From positions 1-32,168 of the forward strand of contig JBHGNT010000355.1 in the NCBI GenBank assembly GCA_043228905.1: a stretch of 32,168 nt of DNA, in the 5' to 3' direction. Of the stretch, positions 13,039 through 25,260 are shown one piece after another. The translations under genes were made by a program, and so were the position numbers. Under the pieces are notes generated by a model that worked only from the letters and a program-made list of their open reading frames with translations, was not told the origin of the DNA and did not search any database. Each line of letters starts with the position of its first letter. The first letter of the stretch is position 1. The stretch is from Azolla caroliniana (Eukaryota > Plantae > Polypodiophyta).

Positions 13039-13648
13039 TTACCCGGCTTGAGAGTTTTCAAATGCAATAGATGGCGCTGCAATATCTAGCAAACTATCAT
13101 GAATTGAACTATCGCACCGGCTCCTAAACCAATCGAGCAATGGGACTTGGGTCGAGCAGCCCATAAAGATCGTAAACCTTGGACAAGCCATTGGTTTTGC
13201 CATCTCAGCTCTCAATTTCTTTATGTACCCTTTTTTGTTATTCTGCGCTAGTTATATTGAATACGAGCTTATGTTCGGGGGGGTGCATACCAAATGACAT
13301 CTCGACAGACATTGTGTTGTGGTTTTGAGTGTGAACCAAGACAAAAGGATTATGAAGTTCACCATTCCATTTTCCTTGAATTCACTCGCGTTTGGCCTAC
13401 GTGTATTATTGGGTGCAAGTTTGGGTTTGTGAGTTGGTGTGAGCTTCAAACTCACTTTGTTTTTTTACCCCACACAACATTGTCATCGAGCGAAAACTCA
13501 CATGTAAGAGATTAGAGTGTTGGATCTCCCCTCCCCCCCCTGCCATCCTCCGGGGGTAAAAAGAGGGAAAAGGCAAAAAGAGAAGCGGTCGAGGATTGTG
13601 TGTGTCATCAAGTAGGTCAAGTTTTCAAGGTTCACCCACCAAATGGTC

Positions 13649-14012
13649 TTCTTCCTATGACAAAAATGTCCCCAGGGCACGATTTGTGGTCCAAACCCAT
13701 AAGCAACCAATCTGTTTGAACGTATTACTAACATGTTGAAGTTTGAGAGGTGTCTTTGTCCATGGAGTGAGTAGTCACTCTGAACTCACATCTCAATGAT
13801 GATGATCATGGGGGCCGTGTGTAAAGCCAGTTCTTCCTATGACAAAAATGTCCCCAGGGCACGATTTGTGGTCCAAACCCATAAGCAACCAATCTGTTTG
13901 AACGTATTACTAACATGTTGAAGTTTGAGAGGTGTCTTTGTCCAAGGAGTGAGTAGTCACTCTGAACTCATATCTCAATGATGATGATGATGGGGGCCGT
14001 GTGTAAAGCCAG
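13649..14012. repeat. Tandem duplication, 2 x 182 bp
   Basis: 13649-13830 and 13831-14012 differ at 3 positions by eye (catgg/caagg, cacatc/catatc, gatcat/gatgat). Confidence 0.95.
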
Positions 14013-14136
14013 AAGATGAGGGGAGCTTCTTGCCCCCAATACGGAGAGATGGGCTTCCCCAAGAAATTGTCCGGGCGCCCCAGTGTGAACGCGGCCACAT
14101 GCGCACTCCGACTCTCATCTCTCATCTCTCCCCAGT

Positions 14137-14145
14137 TTTCCCGCC
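14137..14145 (+). promoter_or_regulatory. E2F binding site upstream of KNL2
   Basis: TTTCCCGCC is an exact match to the E2F consensus TTTSSCGS, 50 nt before the KNL2 ATG. Arabidopsis KNL2 is reported to be E2F-regulated. Confidence 0.6.
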
Positions 14146-14194
14146 CATTCTCTTCTGCTTCTCTGTGTCGCTCCTGCAGAGCGGTAGCGGGCGG

Positions 14195-17100
14195 ATGATG
14201 AACAGGAAATTTTCTTCTTCAGCTTCTTCTCCCCAGACCATGCAATTCCACAGTAATCCGTCGTCTTCTTTCCATCCTCCCTGCCATAGCTCCCTCTCTC
14301 ATCGTCTTCCTCCTCCTCCTCCTCACCATCATCATCAGCAGCAGCACCACCATCGCCAACCTCAAGATAGAGACAGCTTTCTCGAGACTGCGAACTTCCT
14401 CGAGAGGGAGAGCTTCCTTGGTAGAGAAAACTTTCTTGAGAGAGCGACCTTTCTTCCTTCCAAAGAGACGCCTTTCGTTGATCAAGAGAATGGAAGCTTT
14501 ACTTACAACAATCGTCATCATCATCAGTTTCAACATCATCATCAAAATCATATACCTTCTGGTTCCCCGAATTTCTTGAAACCTACAGAAATCCATCAAA
14601 GCTTTCGACAACGTGGACCTTCCGATCTGTGCTTTTCTTCTTCTCCTTCTTATCCTTCAGAAGAGTGTAGAAGAAGAATTTCCTCTTGCAGATCTTCAGA
14701 ACCTTCTTTTAGTAAATTTTCAGTGTCTGAAGGTATTATTCCAGCATATAATGTCTCAGAAAATGCTTATGTTCCAAGAACTCCTCAAACCGATGATTTT
14801 GGTATGGCGTCATCATCCCCCTATGTGCAACCTGCGTCAAATGCTAAATTCATTCCTTCAGCATATGCCCAGGTATTTTTCATGCATTTTTGTTTTCTAG
14901 ATTGATCTAAGCATAGTCAATTGCCTTTAATAATTAATACTATTGTATCCTCAGCCACCATTAACATCTTTGTATGTCACACACTCATCTTCATGTATGC
15001 AAAATAACATTATGAATGTTGCCTATTCATCTTGCTGTACAAAGAAACAGCATCTTCATTTCACCCAAGTAACATCTTATTTGCTACCTAATTATGTCGA
15101 TGGAAAAAAGCATCATATTTACACCTATTCATCTCCATGTATATAAAATAATTCTTCAATTAAAAATGGCATCTTTCAATCCCCATGCATGAGAGAAACA
15201 GTACAGTGAATCTGTACGAGAAAACCATAAGCTAAAGGAATATCTGTTGTTTGGATTATGACAATTACTTTTTAATATCCAGTTTGTGCAGTCCCTTTCC
15301 ATGCATGAAATAATGGACAGGTGATTTTATAGAGTCCAGACGAACATTTAAATTTCATAGAAAGTTTATTTAACCTTTTCGACTAGAATATTAAGTCGAT
15401 GAAACTAAGTAGATAGGCGATTGCAACCCTCCTAATCTAAGCGTAAATGATTTGCTATACAACTACTCACCCAAAATAGAGGAAAACATTCAAGCAACAT
15501 TTATAGATTTCGATTTTCACATTTGCGTCACTTATTAGGTCTTGTTTAGCATAAATATCTCCTTTGGATGATAAAGCACATTTTTATGTCACAGTAGCCA
15601 ATGATTGAACAAATTGATTTAAGGTTTTACTCGGTTCTAAGTAGATAATATGAAAATGAGGCATGAAAAAGGAGGTATAAAAATGGATTTAGATGTTTCC
15701 ACTTTTGGTGGAAATGGTAAGCATAAAAATGGATTAATGTTGCAGGCTTAAGGCTAGATTGATAAAGTGAAGCGATCTAGTGACTTGATATACATTAGGT
15801 CTAGATTGATGGAGTTAACTGGATAAATTTTATTGTCTATTTAGCTTTCTGATCAAGTTACTTGGGATTTGTATAAACGTCTAGACGAAACTACTAATTC
15901 ATTGCTATTTTTTATGAAAACTTATACAAAATCTAAGTAATACTTCCGGGCACAGTAATATCTTAAGATTATTTTTACTACAGAACAAATTCAAAGAAAA
16001 CAGATTTCAAAGAGTTATTATGGAGTTGTGATTTGTCAGCCAATTTATTTTTCAGTGTGATGTCTCTCTTTTTCACTGTTTCCTTTCACCTTGCTATTTT
16101 CTACTCCACCATGGACTGCTACCATGTACATCCTGAAATTATATTTAACTGGATAAATTTTATTGTCTATTTAGCTTTCTAATCAAGTTACTTGGGATTT
16201 GTATAAACGTCTAGACGAAACTACTAATTCATTGCTATTTTTTATGAAAACTTATACAAAATCTAAGTAATACTTCCGGGCACAGTAATATCTTAAGATT
16301 ATTTTTACTACAGAACAAATACAAAGAAAACAGATTTCAAAGAGTTATTATGGAGTTGTGATTTGTCAGCCAATTTATTTTTCAGTGTGATGTCTCTCTT
16401 TTTCACTGTTTCCTTTCACCTTGCTATTTTCTACTCCACCATGGACTGCTACCATGTACATCCTGAAATTATATTTAACTGGATAAATTTTATTGTCTAT
16501 TTAGCTTTCTGATCAAGTTACTTGGGATTTGTATAAACGTCTAGACGAAACTACTAATTCATTGCTATTTTTTATGAAAACTTATACAAAATCTAAGTAA
16601 TACTTCCGGGCACAGTAATATCTTAAGATTATTTTTACTACAGAACAAATACAAAGAAAACAGATTTCAAAGAGTTATTATGGAGTTGTGATTTGTCAGC
16701 CAATTTATTTTTCAGTGTGATGTCTCTCTTTTTCACTGTTTCCTTTCACCTTGCTATTTTCTACTCCACCATGGACTGCTACCATGTACATCCTGAAATT
16801 ATAGTCTTCCAAAACCTGAATTCATGGTTATAGAATGCACAGTTTTGAGGCAGTGAGTTAAACATTGAAAATGCAGCCTAGAAATCGTGATCGGCAAGAT
16901 TTCAGGATGGCATCAGTAAATGGATCAGATCACCACATGACAGCACCACAAAAGCAGGTATAAGACCAAAATTGAGCTATGGTTATAATGATTATATAAA
17001 TGATATCCACTGATAAGAATTTAGCAAAGGTGGTTATCATAATGGTTCTTTTATCTTTTAGGTCAAACTGTATAGGTGGTACTTGATTAAATGTGGTACT

Positions 17101-20100
17101 AGCAGTGTTGAAGTAGCAGTTGGAGGTTTATTAAGTCCAGGGTATACTGTCTTCTACACTGATTCTTGAATACATCCAGGTTAATTTTTGCAATAGAATT
17201 CTAATTTTTAACTTTTTTCAGAACAGTAGGTAGTAGAAGAGAAGAAATGGCAGCAATCACAAAACGCAATGACAAGTGTAGGCTCATGACACAGGATGGT
17301 GTTGAAGTTCGACTTATAGGACTTATTGATGATTGCACCACTATTGCAAATGGATTCTCTATTGAGGTTTATTCTCAAATTAGCAGGTCTATTAGAAATT
17401 TTGTAGTTCCGTGTTATATTGCTTACACCTATATATTGTTTTGGACAGATTGTACATATGTTCCTCTCTGGGTTTCCATATACATGGAACCATTTACTGC
17501 AGAATGAATTTCGAACATGCACAATTAGGAATCCAATAAGCTTAGTATCAGAAACTGGTGCGTTGAATGGCATTGAGACATCTGAATTAGGTTTTGAAGG
17601 TTGTGCAAACAAAGAGAAGTGTCTGCCATTATTAGGTAACAGCCAAATGGATACATCTACTACATGTGGTCAAAAAGTAGATGCCACTGTATATCAGGAA
17701 AACAATACCAAACTTCCACTGGATGAAATTCTGCAATTAAGTGCATCCAGTGCAATGGATGGACAGGATTTGCAAAAATATGGCACACGTACAGCTCCAT
17801 CAACACATAATACTAAGGAATTGCATGAGACCATATCGTCTAGTCAAACGACAACGGATGAATTGCATGAAAATGTGCCAGCTGAAAAAACAGTGAATTC
17901 TCTCTCTCTCTCTCTCTCCTATGAATTTTATAATGTTTTATCATTTTTTAAGGACATTTTATTTAAATTTCTTTCTGCAAAATTTGGCCCAAAATTGAAT
18001 ATGCTGGCCATTGGATGTATCAGTTTTGTCACATACATTAAGTTGGTTTACAAAGGATATAATTAGACCTTCCTATCTGCCTTATCTACCATCACTAGAT
18101 GCTAGATATTTCTTTCATAACATGCCATCAAAGCTCAAATGGAAATCAAAAGAATGCCTTGTACATTATGTTTTCTTAGGTTCTTTGGCCCATTGGTAAT
18201 TTTGGCCATTATTTCTTTGTGCATGTGGGGGTCATTCTTTATATTCTTTCAGAGTGTCTGGCCTGATGTATGCTAATTGATGTTTGGTGAATCTCATCCC
18301 ATAACAATCATAGAATGGCATGTCTTCAGGATAATGTTTTGGGTGTCCTGAGAGAAATGGGGAAAGCTCATGTATTCGATAGTCCTGTAATTCCAAAAGA
18401 GAATGTAAGAAAGACTAGAGATGATAGAGAAAAGTCAACCCAAAAGTCACAGCTACCAAAACGTATCACACGATCAATGCAACGGGCTAGCAGGCATATG
18501 GTAAATATTCTTATTGTGTTGCTCTATTTTTCAATGTCAGGCTGTCACTTTCTTAAGAACGCTAACAAACTTTACAGGATGGGAATGAAAACAAGATTAT
18601 TAATGGAGCCACAAATTGTGGTGATGCGTCAGAAAACATTGAAAGAACAAGCTTAGAGGCTACAGATGTAAATGCAAGCGTTAAGGTTATTACTGATACA
18701 TCTATAAAGGAGGAGGCGGTTGCTCATAAAAAAAAGTCAATGAGAAAGTCTGGAAAGAACAATGTAAGGGTATCCATTCATAAGCAAGTCTAGAATTTGT
18801 GTTAATGAAATTAAAATATGTTGAATAAAAATATTTTTTTGAGAATGTTTTGCTGAGAGAATTTCAAGTTTGGTTTCATAGTCCCAACACTGAAGCCACA
18901 TCCTCTCATTTCATACACTTGGCTTCATGCCCAAATATGCTGCTGCTATTGAAAATGCTATCTTAGATGTTGATACGTATATGTAGCATGACTGAACAAC
19001 ACATCACTGGGCGCAATGAAATTTGTAACTATGCATTTTCTACTGTGTAATTGATCATCAAATTCAAAATGGTGTTGGCTAACACGTATCTGCTCTCTTT
19101 GTGGATGTTTCTTACCAGAGGCAACAGAATGACATGAAGGAGGATTTTGTAGATAGGGCTCAGAATCTCAATTCTTGTGGTGATAAAGACGTGGACATGA
19201 TCATGGATACTATAGAGCATCTTGAAGTTGATGAACACACACCCCAAGAATCTGAGCACGCAATTGAAAAATTGATTGATTTTAGTTATGGAAATATCGA
19301 CCAGGGAAAAGGAACGGTAAGTTAATCAGTTGCTGCGATTGAGAATTCTAGCATAGGCTCTTTCCTTTATGAATTGATTGTATGTCGTTAGCCACCAAGT
19401 GGCAATTATCAGTTGTTTGCCTTGTATCTATGCATGTCTTTTATTTGGATACAAGTAACTTTTTTTTTTCACATCTTTTCATTGGTAAATCTGGCCATCA
19501 TACCTTGAAATGTGATGGAACATTGTCGTATAAGTTCTTTTAGTTTGCAGTGCATTTAGTCTGTGATGATATTAGAAGGGATAACAGAACTGTATTCTGC
19601 GCCCCTGGCTATGAATTTGATGATGTTGCACTTGAGCTAAGTACCAAAGAGATGAAACTATGCTTTTGATATGTTTTCCTTTTCAATTTACTGGGTCTTG
19701 CCATTAAGAGTTTATTTAGTGTTTGTTTGTTACTGGTAGTTTATTTAGTATTTGTTTGGAATGGAATTCAACATGTTGAATCTGACCCTGCACTTGGTGA
19801 TTGAGGTGGCTCAGAGCAGCAGCACTCTCATAGCTGATATGTAGTGTAGTTGTGCTCATTATGCTGATGAGGCAAAATCTACAGCTTAGTTCATAGTCTG
19901 AAGATCCAGTTTCTAGGTTCTGATGTTTTGGGCTAAAGTCTTTTTCTACAGTCGGCTCATAAATGCTTTTAGAGAGATTGCATTTCTATAGAATTTCTAT
20001 GAGTAAAGCTTCGAAGAAATAATGTTGACAAAAGGCATTGTGTAGGGATGTGAATTCAAAGTGGACCTGCTGTTGTTCCCAACCTACTTGTCTATTGTCT

Positions 20101-23100
20101 CATTTGTATCCATGATGATATAATCCAATGATTTCCTTTGCAACTATATGTTATCTTTTCCATTGCCTTTGTCTATCAACAGTTTTTATGTTTTGGTTGG
20201 TGCTGATGTGTGTACTTCTAATATCATTTTGCATCCATGTATGATGGGAACGTTTTTTCATGACAATCAAGAAAAATATTTGGTACAGTTACGTTTCTTC
20301 TATGTGAAGAATGCTATCAACTATATTCTGAAAAATTTATGTTTTTACCTATTACTTTTTCTGTGGCAGTTCTAAATCATAGAATGTTATTTCACACCAT
20401 ATGTTTATCTATCCATGCTTATATTATCAAAAGTTATAAATTGATTTTGGGCCTTGCGTTATGCATCTCTGACGCCTCCTTCCCATCACTTTCCATTAAT
20501 AAAGGAAACAGCAAGAAAACAAAAATGGTAAATCTTCATTTCGGTAGTCTTCGGAATAGATTTTCCAAAATGTAATTCATTTATGTGCACCGCCCCAATC
20601 TAGGTATGTAGGTGCTAGGTATTCATAAACTGTTTTTGCACTACCACCTTATGCTGCTGCCTGTGGAATTACCTTCCTATCACTTTCCAATAATAATGAA
20701 AACAACAAGAAAATAAAAATGCTTTACATTCGGATAGTTTTTGAATTGATTAATGGTTGTGACATTGGTTATCCAAAATGAAACCCTTTTATATGCATGG
20801 CCTCAATCTAGATATGCATGCGTTAGATATTCATCAACTATTTTTGCAGGTTGAAAATTCGGCTCAGCATTCAATAAACACAGAGAGTATGCTAGATGGG
20901 GAAATGAAAGGGAAAACCCACTCAAGATCCGAAGGGAGAAGATTGAGAAGTGCTGAAGTTATTGACGTTCCTAACTCTTCGCAAGAAATTTGTTCTGAAA
21001 GTCAATCTTGCAGGGAGAAGCAAACTGAGGTATGTGATTTCTGACCATTATACTTTTGCATATTTGTATAGGTCATGTTATAAGCAGTTTCTGAATTATT
21101 TGTAATGATGCGTAATTTTTATGATCTCTTTGTATGATCTATATTGTTTGATTGAACAACCGATTCTATCTTTATCAGATGATTCCACCCATAAAAGGGA
21201 AGATACAATCAAGATCTGGAAATTTTTTATTGAGCAGCAGCCTTGGTTTTCCTAACTCTCTGCAAGAAACTGAGACAGAAAGACATGAGGAGAAGGAAGC
21301 TGAGGTATGTGGTTTCTGATTGCTATTCTTGTCAGATATTGATATATAGCTCATATTGTAAGCTGTTTCTGATTAGATTGATACATGTGTTCTAATATGG
21401 TTGTTTTAATCTGTGAGATGGACTATATTGCTAATTGAGCTCACTGTCTCTTTTATCAGATGATTCCATCCTTGAAAGGGAAGGCCCAATCAAGATCTGG
21501 AGAAAGACCATCGAGCAATTCTGAAGCTGACCTTATTAACTCTTTGGAAGATGAAAACACTGGAACTGGAAGTCAATCTCACGAGGATAAGGAAATGCAT
21601 GATTCATGCAGGCTGGGGGTATGTGATTTCTGATCATTACACTTGTTGAATACTGGTAATAGCATCTAGATTACATTGGAAGCAGTTTCTGATGTATTTA
21701 TTTCACATGATGACCGGATTTAATGTTATATATTCTCTAAGCTTTATTATATTCTTTGATTGATTTTAATTTTAACTGACTCTCGTTTCTCAGTTGGTTT
21801 CACTCACGAAAGAGAAGCTACAATCAATATCTGAAGAAAGAACATCGAGCAGTTCTGAAGTTATTGACTTTCCTGACTGTTTGCAAGAAATTGGGAATGA
21901 AAGTCAATCTCACGAGAGGGGAATGCATACTCCATGCAAAACTGGGGTATGTGATTTCTGACATTATTCTTTTTTAATACTGGTATAAATAGAATAAAGA
22001 ATAAATATAGATTTAGTTACCCTAAGCGCCACATATAAGAAAAGGCTGATCAATTCGCACTCAAGTGTGAGCTGACTAAGGGCATTAGGGAAAATCATTA
22101 AACATAGGGTGATTTCAGAGTTTCAAATAATTTCTGACATAATTATTTGAAAGAATTACCAGCTTTCATGACCTTGTTGAATCTTTTGCCAGCTGGATTT
22201 TATTGCTTGATTGAACTGACTCTCTCTTTCATCAGATGATTCCACCTCCCCTCCCGTCTCCCGCGGTCCCGGTGTCAAAAAAGCTTATATCAGCTGCATT
22301 TGGTTTGAAAACTTCTCGTTCTGGTAGATTTATGTACCTGGTGGATATTCAGATGTATTATTAGTGTATGTTGTGTTCTATCCATAATGCAGATTTACAT
22401 TTTCAGGAAGGTTGCTTGTTCCTCCTCTAGCTCATTGGTGCAGTCAAAGTATTGTACGAGATAAGGTGAATAGAGCCTCTTCCAGTTACTACATTTTCCT
22501 ACATGATTGCTTCATTGATCTTTTTTGATATATGTATATATATGTTCACACTAAGTTTATGATTGTGCTTTTAGGATGGAGGTATTGTTGCAATCTCTAA
22601 TGGCTCGATGAACATGGGCACTTCTGAAAGTGGTAATAATGCTTACTAAGATTAAAATCTCTGAGTTGGAGCTTTCATATCTCTAGTTTACAAATCTTAT
22701 CTACAGTCTAGTAATTATCTTTTAATATGTTTGTTTGATAGATTGAATTAAGTTAGGAGGCCAAATATGACCTACTGAACCTCAAAACGGCCATGCATTC
22801 AATCATGAGTTCATACAGTGCAGTTTAGAGCAATTAGTGAGATTTGAACCCTGGTTTGAAAGTTCATAAAAAGGATAGCTTACCCTATGCATCCTAGAGA
22901 TGAGGATAATGTATATTAATGATTGCACATGACCAATGTGACAAGTCATGATTACAATTCTGAGTAGCGTAGGTTACCCACATGAAAAAACAAGATGTAC
23001 GTTTCTTGAAAATCAAATAAAAAGATTGAGACTTCCTAAAGAGAAAAAAGTAAGATATATTAACTTCTCCAAAAGACCATATTGGCCTACAAGACTTGAC

Positions 23101-25192
23101 TAAGATAATATTAATTGATCAATTTAGTGAAAAGAAAAAACTGAAGGCATCTTTCTAGAAGTGGCTTGAAAACTATCAGGTTTGGTGCTTGGTCGAGAAA
23201 TAAGTTTTTGTTTGGTGAACTTCAATTAGTACCACAACAAATACCTTGTCCTCGGAGCTGGCTTTTTGTCATTTAGAATTACAAACACCTTACAGGGTAT
23301 ATGTTGCCATAAGAACCTCACTACTTTGGAGTAGTTGAGATAGCAAGGGCGTTTTATATTGTCATGTTTCAATAGAATCATACCTTTTAAAGAGAGAAAG
23401 AAAAAATAAATGTTGTCAGAAAAGAAATGGTTTGGTCTTGTAGGCCAAAATGGCCTACAAGAACAAACCAGAGATTACATTTTAAAATGTTGTCTCGCCT
23501 TGAGAACAAATCAAAATGAATGTAATTAAGAAAAGCACTAGTAAAATAGAACATGACTAAGGAATTTCGCTATCAATTCATGTACAATTGACATTTTTGT
23601 CTTTGAAAAATCACTAGCATAGGTCGATCCGACATGGAGAGATTTCTGAAGTGAGGGAAGCACCTGTGATTGCGGGAGTTGATGACCTTTATTTCTCGAT
23701 GATAAGGGTGGTATTGAATCCATAAGTCTTCCCAGTGATGTGGATTTATTGGACCAATTGATGTTCTGTCAATCCATAGTCTCCTGATAGGGTTGAGGAG
23801 ACCTGCATAACTGGCCATTAGCTAAGTTGATAGATCATGACCCTGTTAATTGTGTTGTTGCACCTGGGTTGCGAAGGCTTTCATACGCATGGGTAGTCTA
23901 ATGTGCCCAAGTGAAGAGAGAGTTGATAGTTTGGAACAAGCTGAAAGTTTGATGCATGCAATATTCCAATTTTGAGATTTGAGCATATTCCTACTTCATC
24001 TTTAGCGCCTTAATAATCTGTTCTTGATGATCACATACTTCATAGCATCTCTTGAGAGCTCTAGTAGATCTTGTACTCTTCATCATTTTATAATGTCAAG
24101 AACCCAGCAAGATCAGAGGATTTTGCTCCTAATAGTTTTTTGTACCTTGCATTCTTTGTTCCAATCCTGTTTGGCAATATGTGATTGGGTATATTTGCAA
24201 CTTTTGTGATCCTCTACACTCTTGGCAATATGTGATCGATCAGTACCTCTATGGACATAGAGCCTTTTTCTAATATCATGATAGGATAGGATATTGAGGA
24301 TTTAATCCCCAGTTGTATATGTAAGATCAAATTTCGAAAATTTCACCCGACATTTCATCTCCATAAAGCATATAAATTGTAGTTCCCATCCTCATGTATC
24401 ACTTTGGTTTTGATTCTCAAACTATTTGTACCTAGTACTATTTGTACTGGTTCTTCCTTGTATGTGAAAGTGGCGTAATGTCTTAGTTGTAATGCTTTTA
24501 TTGCCATGTGTTTTATTTTGTTCTTGTTAATAGCAAGCTTGCTTATTTGACAAAATGTTTCCAATACATTCTACTGACTGTTTCATATTACCCAAAGCAT
24601 ATGAAAATCGAACAGCATCATTAGCATATAGGGATATAAAAAGAAGCTTGATCCCCATGTTGCTTAAGAAGTACCTTGAAAAATTGCTATCCATTTTCAA
24701 TTGGCACCAAGTTGCTCATACAATTGTTCTACAATTGCTCTATTATCTAATAGCATTCCGATCTCTATCATTCTTTTTGAAAACTCTCTCCTTAGTACAA
24801 TGTCAAAGACTTTCTGGAAGTCCACAAGACAACAATATATCATTTTACCTTGTAATCAACTTTCTTCCATAATTATTCTTAGTATAACCATATGATTGAT
24901 AGTATGGATCGGCGTTTTGCTAAACCGGCTTAGTGGCTCGGCTCGGCTTAGGCTTGAGCCTGCCTAAATGGTTTGAGCTCGGCTCGGCTCGGCTCGAGCC
25001 TTGCCAAGCCGGCTCAAACTGGGTAATACGTTTATGTGATCGAATAGTTAGGTTAGAGAAAATCTTAAAAGTTAGAAATTAGACGGTTAGAAACTTGAGA
25101 GAGAGACTGACTCACTGAGAGGAAGCCATAGCCATCGGCAACAACTGTTGAATCGAAGACTAGAGTGACGTTTCACGAGTGTCCACACAGAC

Positions 25193-25260
<68 letters not shown>

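Larger units (their letters stand above)
12729..14194. promoter_or_regulatory. Divergent (possibly bidirectional) promoter region between PEX13 and KNL2
   Basis: Head-to-head start codons 1.47 kb apart, with pyrimidine-rich 5'UTR-like tracts next to each ATG on the respective strand. Confidence 0.55.

Noticed and set aside
13795-13966. C/D-box snoRNA (ATGATGA ... CTGA)
   Set aside because: ATGATGA is part of a (GAT)n run, the box order arises only across the duplication junction, and I see no terminal stem or rRNA complement.
14030-14194. 5' part of the 291-aa ORF-track entry
   Set aside because: It begins at TTG and crosses a CT-rich 5'UTR-like tract and the E2F site. ATG 14195 is the more plausible start; an in-frame ATG at 14099 cannot be fully excluded.
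13649-16803. 182-bp and 330-bp repeats as centromeric satellite monomers or a CRISPR-like array
   Set aside because: Only 2-3 copies, no spacers, and no similarity between the two units. The nucleosome-like lengths next to a centromere gene are probably coincidence.
14219-17612. Minus-strand ORFs 14219-14611 and 17208-17612
   Set aside because: Antisense shadows of KNL2 exons with no independent motifs.
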